This document shows positions 37,567-49,299 of a DNA stretch of 64,000 nt, in pieces. The stretch is taken from NCBI GenBank assembly GCA_038087875.1, contig CM075978.1, positions 62,310,001-62,374,000 on the forward strand, written 5' to 3'. This DNA is from Malacoraja senta. Its lineage: Eukaryota. Position numbers and translations under genes: made by a program. The notes beneath the pieces are model-generated. The model searched no databases and was not told the origin of the DNA. It was given only the letters and a program-made list of their open reading frames with translations. Numbering within the stretch: position 1 is the stretch's first letter; each line of letters starts with the position of its first letter.

Positions 37567-38289
37567 ACGGTCACTGCGCTATGCGTCAGACGATATGACG
37601 TGTGTGCGGCTGGACGGGGTCTTCTTCACGTAGTCACTCACGTGACTCCGAAGTAAAACTGTGGTTGTTAGTCCCAGTACTAACTACTAATTGGTAGTGA
37701 CAAGTATGTTACCTGATCTGTAGCTTCTGCCGACAGACATCAGACAGCTCACATTTTAAGGAGAATGAGGCCTTCAGATACACAGGGATCTTCCCTGCAC
37801 ATACAGAAAAAATGCTCTTTACTTAGAATTGACAATTTTTGCATATTGGTCATGACAGAGATACCATCATCAACGTGTAGAGCTTGACCCCAGAGAGTAT
37901 AATCATGGGAACGTCATAAATAGTGGACTGGGTTCTCAAAGGATCTGCAGTTATTGTCATTTTTGTAGGTTGCAGGCAGAGTGACAAGTGCAGGTTCACA
38001 GTGTCAGTCATTATCACATTATAGGGTCAGAAATGATAAGGTGGTCATTTGCTGCTCGTGCTAATTAATCATCATTAGAGCAAGAAATTGAAACGATATC
38101 AGCGGCTTTGGAAATGGTGAAATATATCATGAGGGACCCAAGGTGTTGGGTGGAATATTTCCCAGATAATGCACTGCAACACTGAATTCCCAAAGAACTT
38201 GGTGTTAAAATGTGAGGCAAAAGAAACTGCATTAGTCTGAAGAACAGTCCTCACCTGAGTTCAGTTTAGTTTATTGTCACGTGTACCAA

Positions 38290-38631
38290 AGGGCCTGTCC
38301 CACTTACGCGACTTTTTCGGCGATTGCCGGCACCCGTCATAGGTCGCAAAAAATGTCAACATATTGAAAATTCAGCGGCGACCAGAAAGACGCTACGACT
38401 CTTTGGGTGACTAGGAGACTACTCACGACCATACAGCGACACCCACGCGACGTGTCACCCGCGACATGTCGCCAGGGTATCGCCTGGATGATCGTGAGTA
38501 GTCTCCTAGTCACCCAAAGAGTCGTAGCGTCTTTCTGGTCGCCGGTGAATTTTCAACATGTTGAAAATTTTCGGCTACCTATGACGGGTGCCGGCAGTCG
38601 CCGAAAAAGTCGCGTAAGCGGGACAGGCCCT
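38290..38631. mobile_element. PIF/Harbinger-type MITE, near-perfect 342-bp palindrome
   Basis: TIR agggcctgtcccactt shared with the element at 2868. Arms are complementary almost to the centre. Confidence 0.85.
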
Positions 38632-38654
38632 TGAGGTACATAGAATAGCTTTAT

Positions 38655-38812
38655 AAGAGCCCCGCCCCCTCCCCTGACACCAGTCTGAAGACAGGTCTCA
38701 ACCCGAAACGTCGTCCATTCCTTCTCTCCAAAGATGCTGCCTCACCCGCCGAGTTACTCCAGTATTTTGTGTCTATCTTCAATGGAAACCAGCATCTGCA
38801 GTTCTTTCTTAC
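38655..38812 (+). mobile_element. 158-bp PLE-end element with hammerhead motif and perfect 17-bp TSD
   Basis: TSD acatagaatagctttat at 38638-38654 and 38813-38829; ctgaaga...cccgaaacgtc at 38685-38712. Confidence 0.88.
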
Positions 38813-41284
38813 ACATAGAATAGCTTTATGTTGCGTGCTAACCTGCCTGAAACATTCCCTTCACAGATGCTGACTGACCTGCTGAGTTTCTCCAGAACTT
38901 ATTGCATTCAAGTGTGATTTGGCATTTGTGTTTGGAGATGAGAGGAATTAATGTTACTGAAGATTGGAAGCTGTGGGAGTTGATTGGGGAAACGAGTACT
39001 TGAGATGTATTATGCCATGAAGGTTTGGTGCACATTCGTTTACTCAACTATTAATGTCCATTTAAGTGTGCAATTCACTGCAAATGACTAACCCAATGCA
39101 GGGACAAAGGCATTGAATGAAGACTTTAGGACATAGTAAGGCCAACATTTATTGCCCAGTCCCAGTTGCACTAGAGATGGTGGTAGTGAGCTACATTATT
39201 GAACCACTGCAATTGTTCTAGCAAAGGTATACCTTTGGTGCAATTGGCAGGAAGTCCCATGATTTAGATACAGCAACAATGAAGGATAGTGAAATATCTC
39301 CAAGTCAGATGGTGTGCATCTTGGAGAGGATTCTGCAGATACTGGTGTTCCCATCTGCCTGCTGCACTTGTCCTTCTTCGTGGTGGAAGTCATCAGTCTG
39401 AGAGGTCGTGATGGAGTAGCCTGGGCAAGTAACTGGACTGTATGTAGATGACAGGCACTGTGCAGGGAGTAACTCTTTGTTGGAGTGGCGAATGATAAAA
39501 TAGACTGCTTTGCCCTGATGGTGTCAAGGCATTGCACTCGTCCAGGCAAGTGGAGAGTATTTCATCATGCTCCTAATTTGTGCAGCGTAGATATTGAGAA
39601 GGCCTTGGGTATCAGGAGGCGAGTCACTTGCCACGGGATACCAAGCTTCTGACCGATACTTGTGGACAGTTAATTTTTCTGATGGAGTGCCCTGGGGCAG
39701 AACTGTCTAGCTCTGATAAAGCAGAAAACACAGGTTTCCGGAAACTATTAAATTCAATATTGAGATTTAAGCGAGGGGAGTGGGGTGGAGAATTAAAGTG
39801 ACAGGCAGCTGGAAGATCGGGTCCCCTTTGTAGTCATCAAGGATGGATGTACAGTGCAACCTTAGCATAACCCTCCTCATTATTTTGTGATTTTAATTAT
39901 ACCACATGTATTATTGTCCTGTGCCAGATGGAGAGTATGTAAATGTTAGATTCACTTATAAATCGTGTAGGTTACAATGTGAGTGTTAAAGTATTCTTCT
40001 AACATCCGTGTTATATTGAGGTTGCACAATAATTGCAATAAAGGAAGTGCAGCAAATGATCACTAGATTGAGTCTGGATATGGCAGACTTTGCATATGAT
40101 GAGTATTTAGGAGTCTGGGGCCACTCTGGTGTTCTCATAGATTTGACAGGATAGATGTGGAGTGGTCTTTCTCTGAGCTACATCTGTGGAATTAGTCTCA
40201 AAAGAAGTTATCCATTCAGGACAGAGTTAAGAAGAAAGACCACACATAAATGGGTGAAAATTTGGAATTCCGTACCCAAAAGAGCTGTGGAGGCTCAGCC
40301 ATGAGTACATTCAAGACTGGGATAATAGATTTTTAGAAATTAGAGTCAAGGTTTAGAAGTTAGTGCCGCACAATGGTGCCTGAGAGAAAAGTTCAGTTGT
40401 GATCTGAGTGAATGGCAGATTAATGTATTCCTGCTTCTGTTTGTTACGTTCCTGCTGAGGGGCTGTGGACGAAAGTTGATCCTTTGTAAGACCAGATGGA
40501 GGAGGAAGTTGCAAAATAGAACATTTGTTCCTCTCTGATTGTTCCAGGTGCGGGAATCCCATCCCAAGGTCCCTGCTGGCTCTCTGCAGCAGACTCCAGA
40601 TGGCCTCATGGCTCTGGTTATACAACAGGGATCCTGGAGAGGGGACAGGAGTCATTTGCCCATATGTCAAGTCTCTGTGAAACATGGACGCCAAATTAGT
40701 GCCAACACAGAGGATTGTGTGAAACTGAAAGGGTCATGCAAGCACCTTGGAAAGATGTCACTAACCAGGAGAAATTTGTCTTGTGATCAAGTAGTTCCAT
40801 CTTCACAAAGGAATCTCACGGTACCACATGAGTGCAGTCTGTTACTCCTATGACCTCAAAACTTATGATCCTTGCTGGTCTCCATTCCAAAGGGAGCTGA
40901 AGCAACTGTTCCTCAAAGAGGGAGCTTTAATGATGCCCCTAATTCAGTGCTGAGTTACAACCTGGCACAAGTCACCCCCCTACTTGATCTGCCCCCCTCT
41001 AGGCAATGCTTCGTGCACTGCTGTAGAAACTTCCAGATCTGCATCAGAACTAATTCAGGAAACAGCCTCTGGTTGGATAGTTCCCCGCTGCAAGGACTAG
41101 CAATGTAATCTTAGTATTAGCAACATGTGACCATGTTAATAATCCACCTAATGGAAATTAGATTTAGATTTTAATTGCTTAAAGTGAGTGGAGACAGTCA
41201 GAGAAGAACAAAAGCAAACGGTTAATGAAAATGAAGGATGTTGAAGGAATGCTGATTTTAAATGTGGTCGTTTTTGATTGACAG

Positions 41285-42062
41285 GATGCGGGAGAAGATA
41301 CAGATGATTCGATGAATGTGGAGTGGGACACCAATGAATCAAGTAACTGCCAGGCAAGTTCTTTAGATACCAAAGAAGTGCAAAGAGCTCTGGTGGACAA
41401 TGAAGAGACTGTAAACAAGCTAATGCAAAGCAACAGAGAATTGGGTAATCTGTCGTTAGCCGAGGAGTTGATGCAGATCAATCCCGTATTGTACCATAAT
41501 GTTACAGGCATATGCAATTCTAGTTCCCCTTCAGAAAATGGGATTTCTTATCACTCTATTCTGTCAGGGTGTGATTTACAGGATCATGAAGAGACAGGAA
41601 ATGTGTTAAATCGTTGTTCCTCTAAAGACGCTTATAAACAGAGTAAGAAGTCAATATCGGTTGCCTCTGATGCAAAGTCAGACCAAATGATTGCTACCGA
41701 GAAACATGTCGCCTTGAAGGATGGAATTCCACTTGCACTTAAATTACCTGCTTGCCCTGACGCACTGGATGATAATTCTGAAGTACTGGAGAAAATTGTG
41801 ACGATTGCTGTTTGTGATGAAGAAGGAAATATATTCTCTTCAGCTGCTGATGTTGCAACTAAGAATTTGGCAGCATTTGTGAAATTGCAGGATCAGTCTG
41901 CAGAGGAAACTGCTGTAAAGTTCCAACTTGCACTAAAAACAGAAATGTTACGTGATGACCAGGAAATAAATGCTCCAAATAATTGTGAGGTTCCAAAGCA
42001 TTATCAAGAGGAACAGTCTGAGGAAACCAAACAGAATTACACTGATTATATGGATGGTAATG
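41285..42062 (+). CDS. Host gene large exon encoding an acidic, probably disordered region (DAGEDTDDSMNVEWDTNESS...NYTDYMD/GN)
   Basis: tttttgattgacag acceptor and ~259 open non-TE codons (ORF 41312..42106). Phase-1 donors G|GTAATG (after 42056) or G|GTATGC (after 42062). Confidence 0.85.
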
Positions 42063-42787
42063 GTATGCCTTTTAATATTTTGAACACTGTAAACTATCCT
42101 TTATGATGTTTTCACCCTTAGTTTGAAAACTTGATGTGCAGCATTTTTGTTATTCATGTGTGCACTCATGCAGATTCTACTTGTTTTTAGTTACTGAAAA
42201 AGGTTGGCGTATTTGTAGGAAAAACTGAAAATATCCATAAAAATTACAACCGCGGTGGATATATTTATTGCTGTTACCATTTAACACATAGCATTTTCAC
42301 TTTAGTTGCTGTTGGCATCCTGGTTGACAGTTGCATTGGAGGGAACACAATTTTCCCAATGTGAGTGATTTGGCTCTTTGAGTCTGCTCTACTATTCTGT
42401 AAGATAACGCGATCTATCATAAGCTCCATCTTCCATTTGCCTTTCCCATGCCCTGTGATTTCTTTAATGCTGAGATGTCTATTGATTGCTATTTTCAATT
42501 AATGTAATAACATAATATCCACTCTATCCAAGCCTTTCACTATTCAGTAAGTTTAAATGAGGGCCCCCTAGTGAATCTTCACTGCATTCTTCTGAGAAAA
42601 GAAGATTAAAACTGCACGACATGCTCCATGTTTGGTCTCACCATAATCCTATAAAAGTGCTGTAAAATTTCCTTACTCGTATTACAAAACCTCTTGTAAT
42701 AAAAGCTAACTTTCCATTTGGCCTCCTAATTGTTTGTTGAACCTATATGTTTGCCTTCAGGGGATTGTGAAAAGACAAACCCAGTTC

Positions 42788-42919
42788 TTCTTCTTCTTCT
42801 TCTTGCATATGGTGTGCACAGCCTAAAGTTGTAGGACAACTTGTTCTATTTGATCTTATTTGATTGTGCACACCAGGTTGATTGCATTCGTTGAAACAAG
42901 GCGGACCACCTGAAGATGC
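42788..42919 (-). mobile_element. Short retroposed fragment with (GAA)n tail (RTE-like)
   Basis: (ttc)n run at the left end; TSD aacccagttc at 42778-42787 and 42920-42929. Confidence 0.7.
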
Positions 42920-42964
42920 AACCCAGTTCATTGAACGTGAAAACCTCCCAGTTTAGAATCCTAG

Positions 42965-43308
42965 ATGGGTACTGCATGGAAACAGGCTCTTTAACGCCTC
43001 CTCACCTTCAACAAAGCTGACCATCAAGTACTCATTTACACTAAACGTATGTTAATCACATTTTCATCCTCTGTGTTCTCACCAACACCTACCAGATTCA
43101 ACCCCCTTCCTACACACCAGGTTAATTTGACAGTGACCAAATAACTTAACAATCAAGATCTTTGGGATGTGGGAGGAAACCAGCCGGAGGGATCCCATGC
43201 AGTCACAGAAAGAATGTGTAAACTCAACATATTCAACAGCCGAGGTCAGGATTATACCCAGGTCTCTGGCTCTGTGAAGTGGTGGCTCCACTACATGAAC
43301 CACTGCAC
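42965..43308 (-). mobile_element. V-SINE/HE1-like SINE
   Basis: tctttgggatgtgggaggaaacc...cccaggtctctggctctgtgaag antisense SINE pattern. Confidence 0.75.
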
Positions 43309-45299
43309 CAGTTTCTCACATTTAAGAAATACTCTGCTTTGAAGATAGTTGTTCTGTTTCTGCTCCTCAACCTGTGGTCACAAGGAATAACATTCTAAAT
43401 AAAAACTTCACTAAATCGTTGCTTGTTTCATTTGCATACAGTAGTCGATTCTTTGCAAATTAAATGTTTAATGCAAAAAAAAGCTTCTATAATATCCCTT
43501 AAATATCTCAATAAAAAGAACCTTCTCAAGTTTCATCATTCTTTTGCTCTGAGCATGCTGGCAGGTTTGCAGGCAGAGTCCGATTCATGAAAGATAACAT
43601 GTAAACTACCACTAGAAATTACAGAAACTTTATTTACTCTTAACTTGGTTTGTATTAAAAGTTATTAATCTTTTCCACTGGTTCAGTTGATTTAACTTCC
43701 TTTGCAAGTGAAAAAAGTGAGGTAACTTGAGCCCGTAAAACAAAAGAGTTTGAAAACTTACATCAAATTTGATATCATTCATTACTCAACATTTGAGAGA
43801 AATTGAAGTTGTTTTATTGTATGTTTCTTGCCATACAATTTAAGCAGTTTAAAACAAAGAACAGTTTGTGAAATTTGGAGGGCATACATTCGTCTTATAT
43901 CAGTGACTCAGATTGGCTATTTTTTTACTTATTTTCCAAAAAGGTATAGGTTTTATTAGTTTGTAAGCTGGGGTTAGGTAAAGACATTGCTAATTTAGAG
44001 AACTCAGTTCTGTTTTTCTGAGATGCCAGCTATTCAGCATTAATTTCCTTTTCCTTGCTGCCCTTTGCTTTGTCACTTGACGGGACTTGTACTTATTTGC
44101 ATTATTTACAGCTGAGTGGTTTGGTTGTACATTTCATGGACACACAAAGTGGAAGACATTGATGCTTTGCCTTTCTTGATAAGTGTTTTCAGGTTCATTG
44201 AAAAATTCATTCTCAATGTTCATTTTCTGACCATAGCCTGGAAATTAATTAAGCAGCTGAATTCATTTCAAGAACTTGTTATTGTTACAAATCGCAATTA
44301 GGACACATGACAGTATAAATGAAGCATAATATTAAGATACAAAATGTGCATTCAGATAGTAATATATCTAATATAATATATCTAAATTAATATAAAATAG
44401 TATATTTTGTTTTGACTGAATACAATTCGGAGCCATTAACCAGTGCTTTCTAGAAGATCGGAGAAAGAGGCTGACGTTAAATTGTCCTTTTTTTCCAATA
44501 TTTATTTTGTGATGATTCATATTGGGTATATTTTGAATCCCTCTTCCATTAAAAGGGGTGATTCCTGCACTGATGATAAGCTCAGATAATGTAGCAGTCT
44601 GTGCTTGCATTCAATGGCATGGACAATTTTCAGGTGTGGACAGAAGAATAACAAGTAAAGTTTGAAGCACGTAATCCCTAGTTAGTGGCCACCTCCAACA
44701 AAAGAGAGATCAAACCACCTCCTGGTGATGTTCAGTGGCATTACCAATGCCGAGTCTTCACCATCAACACCCAGGGCTGAACATTAACCAGAAACCTAAT
44801 GAGACCACCCAATAAATACTGTGGCTGGAAGTGCAAGTCAGAAACTGAATTCTGCAGCAAGCGTTTCTTCTGATGCCCAAATTATTTCCACATGTACAAG
44901 GCTCAGATCAGGTGTGTATTTAAAAACTTGGCCAGGCTGAGTAAGAAAAGCTCAGGTCAAAATCCAGGACAAAGCTGTTCAATTGATTATAACCAGATCC
45001 ACTCTCCACTGCCAGGACACTATGCCTGCAGTTTTTACCTTCGACAAAATGCATGGCAGGAAATTGCCATGGTTTCTTAATAACGTTGAAGCTCTACCTG
45101 ATGTGAATGCTGCCAGCCGCAGAGTACCCTCCCAAGTCACTCACCTTACTGATTAAATATCTCACTTCAGGAATAATTTCATTTGCAAGGTTGCAGCAGT
45201 TTAAGAAGGTGGCTCCCACCTTTTTCTCAAGGGAAAATAGATATGGATAATGAATGTTGAGCTTGCCAGAACAGCTCACACTGCGGGAACAAGAAGGCT

Positions 45300-46020
45300 T
45301 GACATCTCCCCCTATGTCTGCCTTCCGCAAAGACCGCTCCCTCCGTAACTCCCTTGTCAATTCTTCCCTTCCCTCCCATACCACCCCCTCCCCTGGTACT
45401 TTCCCTTGCAACCGCAAGAGATGCAACACTTGTCCCTTCACTTCCCCCCTCCACTCCATTCCAGGACCCAAGCAGTCGTTCCAGGTGCGACAGAGGTTCA
45501 CCTGCATCTCCTCCAACCTCATCTATTGCATTCGCTGCTCTAGATGCCAGCTGATCTACATCGGTGAGACCAAGCGGAGGCTTGGCGATCGTTTCGCCGA
45601 ACACCTCCGGTCGGTCCGCAATAACCAACCTGAACTCCCGGTGGCTCAGCACTTCAACTCCCCCTCCCATTCCGTATCTGACCTCTCTGTCCTGGGTCTC
45701 CTCCATGGCCACAGCGAGCAACACCGTAAATTGGAGGAAATGCACCTCATATTCCGCTTGGGCAGTCTACACCCTGGTGGCCTGAACGTTGAATTCTCCC
45801 AATTCTGCTAGCCCTGGCTGTCCCCTCCCCTTCATCAGCCATCTGGTTGTCTCCTCCCCTCCCCCCACCCTCGGGCTCCTCCTCCTCCTTTTCCTTTTTT
45901 CCTTTCTTCTCCCCACCCCCTATCAGTCTGAAGAAGGGTTTCGGCCCGAAACGTTACCTATTTCCTTCGCTCCATAGATGCTGCTGCACCCGCTGAGTTT
46001 CTCCAGCATTTTTGTGTACC
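45300..46020 (+). mobile_element. Penelope-like element 3' part (open GIY-YIG frame plus pLTR)
   Basis: ORF 45254..45811 ...CNRKRCNTC...NLIYCIRCSRCQLIYIGETKRRLGDRFAEHLRS...PVAQHFN...LHPGGLN. Confidence 0.93.
45924..45960 (+). ncRNA. Minimal hammerhead ribozyme motif, best-preserved copy
   Basis: CTGAAGA-a-GGGT-ttcg-GCCC-GAAA-CGTTA, with palindromic AACGTT in the stem III position. Confidence 0.72.
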
Positions 46021-46126
46021 ATCCTCTTTCAATATGTATTCTATGTGGTTCATCTGCAGGAGGCTGTTTTGGAAGGGCAACAGCCAACTGTCTACTGTGT
46101 ATTTATGTGCAACTTTCTTTCTTTAG

Positions 46127-46224
46127 AGGTGTCAGACATTTCAGCAGTTGCTTTGAGGACAAGTACAAAGATTCCACATGATGCTGCCGCTTTTGACATT
46201 ATCAGGACTATGATTGGAATGATG
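46127..46224 (+). CDS. Host gene exon ((E)VSDISAVALRTSTKIPHDAAAFDIIRTMIGMM)
   Basis: ctttctttctttag acceptor and ATG|GTATGA donor. 98 nt, phase 1->0, open. Confidence 0.7.
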
Positions 46225-46859
46225 GTATGATTAAGCAAAATATTTTTGCAGACAATTGTTCTGAAAAATTAATTGTTATGAAATCTCTTGCTTTTGCATT
46301 CTCCTGCATGCTTCTTTAGGCATGACTGATTAATTAAGTACTATGGTGGCATTCCTAACTGCAAAACAACTCTCTTTCAGACATGCAGGAATTTAAAGCT
46401 AGTTAATAGATTCTTTGGCCTGATTTGTAAAGATTACCAAGCCAGTACATTTAAAGGTTGGCACTTACTCAAACGTTACTCCTTCGTAACTTTGTAACAT
46501 GAAATAACCATAAAGTATTTTAAAGCATTCATTTTGCGGTGGGTGCAAAAATAGTACAGTAATTATACATTCCTGCTATTTATAGAGGGACTTCAAGAAA
46601 GTGGCTCAGCACCTTCTTCTCAAGGACACATAGGAATGAAAAATAAATGTTGGTTCTGCAAGTAATATCTTTATCTCATAACTGAATTAAAAAAAAATTA
46701 TGAGCTAATTTTCATCTTTTCCTTCCTCTTAAAAGTTTATTCCTTGAATAATAAGCACAAGTGGTTATCATTCTACTGGAGTGAAACAGGACTAAACCAA
46801 TCACCTCTGCCACCTTCATTTACTATTCAAGTGAATTGCGGTTGATTAGACTTTAGGGA

Positions 46860-47090
46860 TTTAGACTTTTGAGATACAGCGTGATCACCCTGTACACTAG
46901 CACTATCCTACACGCTAGGGAGAATTGTATAACTTACCAAAGCCAATTAACCTGCAAATCTGTACATCTTTGAAGTGTGGGAGAAAACCCACGCAGTCAC
47001 AGGGAGAACATACGTTCTCCATGCAGACAGCACCCGAAGTGAGGATCAAACCCGGTTCTCTGGTGATGTAAGGCAGTAATTCTACCGCTG
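46860..47090 (-). mobile_element. V-SINE/HE1-like SINE
   Basis: cactagcactatcctacac...gcagtcacagggagaacatac...ggatcaaacccgg. Confidence 0.8.
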
Positions 47091-47309
47091 AGAAACCCAT
47101 CAATTTAAATAAGGGTGACTACCTATCCCGTTTCAATTGGGGATTTAGATTTTTTACACCATTTGAACTGAGGAAAAAGTGGGATTAGGCTGGACACGAT
47201 TGCAAATAGAAAGAAGAATTGAAATAGGAGTACCCAAATATCTCTTCAAGCCTAGACTGCCCTTCAAAATGATCATGACTAATCAGCTCCAGAGCTCAGC
47301 TGCACCTTA

Positions 47310-47825
47310 GTTTAGTTTATTAATATTGTCGCGTGTACCGAGGTAGAGGGAAAAGGTTTTTTTGTTGCGTGCTATCCAGTCTGCGAAAGATGATCATGAT
47401 TACAATCAAGCTGTCCACAGTGTACAGATACAGGATAAAGGGAATGACGTTTGCGCAAGATATCCAGTAAAATGCGTTTAAAGATAGTTTGAAGATCTGC
47501 CATGAGGTAGATCGAAAGACCTTTCTCTAGTGTGTGAGCGGACGACTCGGTTACCTGATAACAGCTGCGAAGAACCTGTCCCTGTATCTGGAGGTATGCG
47601 TTTCCAAACTTCTGTACTCCTTGCCTGATGGTAGAGGGGAGAAGAGACTAGGGCGAGACTGGTCCTTGATTATGCTGGTGGCCTTGCCGAAGCAGCTTGA
47701 AGTGTAGATGGAGTCAACGGAAGGGAGGTTGGGTTCCATGATGGTCTGGGCTCTTGCTGTGGATGGATCTGTTCCCAAACCATGATATGATGCATCCCAA
47801 TAAAATGCTTTCTACAGCGCATCTA
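47310..47825 (-). mobile_element. Rex1/Babar-type LINE 3' fragment
   Basis: ORF 47551..47778 LPSVDSIYTSSC...LFSPLPSGKEYRSL...RDRFFAAVIR. Confidence 0.8.
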
Positions 47826-48016
47826 TCTCAACTTTGAATATATTCAATAATTCAACTTCTAACGGCAGCCAAGAATAGAATTCCATAGGTTTTCTTTACT
47901 TAGAAACTATCTTCCCCCATTCCAGATTCCCTCCAAACTGCAGCGTCAAGCCCTTTCAGAATCTTATATTTCAATAAGATAATCACCCATTCTCAGGCAG
48001 ATTAATATGTGACGAC

Positions 48017-48290
48017 AGCAGAGTGGCGCAGCAGTAGAGTTGCTGCCACACAGCGCCAGAGATCCGTGTTTGATCCTGACTACAGGTGTTTTCTGTATGG
48101 AGTTTGTTTGCTTTCTCTGTGACTGCGTGAGTTTTCTCCGGGCATTTCAGTTTCCTCCCACTTTCCAAAGACTTGCAGGTTTACAGGTTACTTGGCTTCT
48201 ATAAATTGTCCCTAGTGTGTAGGATAGATCTAGTGGGCAGGTGATCGCAGGTGGGCCGAAGGGTCTGTTTTCATGCTGCATCTCTAAAAC
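48017..48290 (+). mobile_element. V-SINE/HE1-like SINE, near full length
   Basis: cagagtggcgcagcagtagagttgctgccacacagcgccagagatccgtgtttgatcc head, gtttcctcccac V-domain and gggccgaagggtctgtt tail. Confidence 0.88.
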
Positions 48291-49299
48291 TAATAAATGC
48301 TGAATGCCAATGTTCAAAGTTCTTAAACATTTCTTATGGTTCTTTGAATTGTCTGCAGTTCTAGTATATTACAAGGAGATTAAAGTTGGACACAGTACCC
48401 TGGTAGAACAATAACATGACTTTCCTACTTTAGTATTTAAATAATTTTCAATAAAGGCCATCATTCTATTGGACACTGATTACTTGCTATGCCCTCTTGC
48501 TAACATTCTGTGTCTCAAAAAATTCCAGAAGATTAGTCAAGCATGATTTCCCCTTCATAAATCCATGCTGACTTTGACCGGTCCTGTCACTGATTTCCAA
48601 ATGCGATGCTATTACATCTTTACATACATTTAATGGCAAGACCCTTAACAGCATTAATGTACAGGAGGATCTTTGAGTCCAAATCCTTCGCTCACTGAAA
48701 GAGGCAATGTGAGTAGATGGAGTGAAAAGGAAGGTGTATGGAATGCTTGCCTTCATCGTTTGAGATATTGAGTATTAGAATCAAGAAGTCACGTTGCAGT
48801 TTAATAAAACATTTCACACCGCCAGCTGCACTTTTGCCCACTCGTGTATCCCACCTTTATCCCTTTGTTATTCTGTATTTTTGAGACAACTTGCATTCCC
48901 ACACTTGGTCCGTTCTTGTAAACACATGAGAAGATAAGAAACAAAAGATGATGCAGGCTATTCACCTCCTCATGCCTCCTCTGTCGTCTGATAAGATCAC
49001 GGCTGATCTTTTATCTTTGTTCCCCCGTCCTGCACTTATCCATGTCCCTGATTCCCTTTTCTACTGCCCATTTGGATAGGCATTTCCAAGCTTTGCTACT
49101 CTCTGGGTAAAGACATTTCTTCTTATATTTTGTCCTGAATGGAAAATCATTTATTTTGAAACTGTGAGCCCCCAACCCCAATTCCTAAACATTCCAGTCA
49201 GGGTAATCATTAGCTTCATATTTATTCTAAAAAAACACCCTAATAGTTTTGTGTGTTTCAAACAGAGCAAATCACTCTTCTAAGCTCAAGGGAGTTTAG

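Larger units (their letters stand above)
32881..37658 (-). mobile_element. DIRS1-type retrotransposon, copy 2 (full length)
   Basis: ITR 37597-37635 pairs with 32951-32990. ICR 33102-33214 is complementary to both terminal extensions. gag, RT, RNaseH, MT and YR remnants are present in order. Confidence 0.97.

Noticed and set aside
48017-48090. tRNA gene candidate
   Set aside because: It is the tRNA-derived head of a SINE, and no full cloverleaf is evident.
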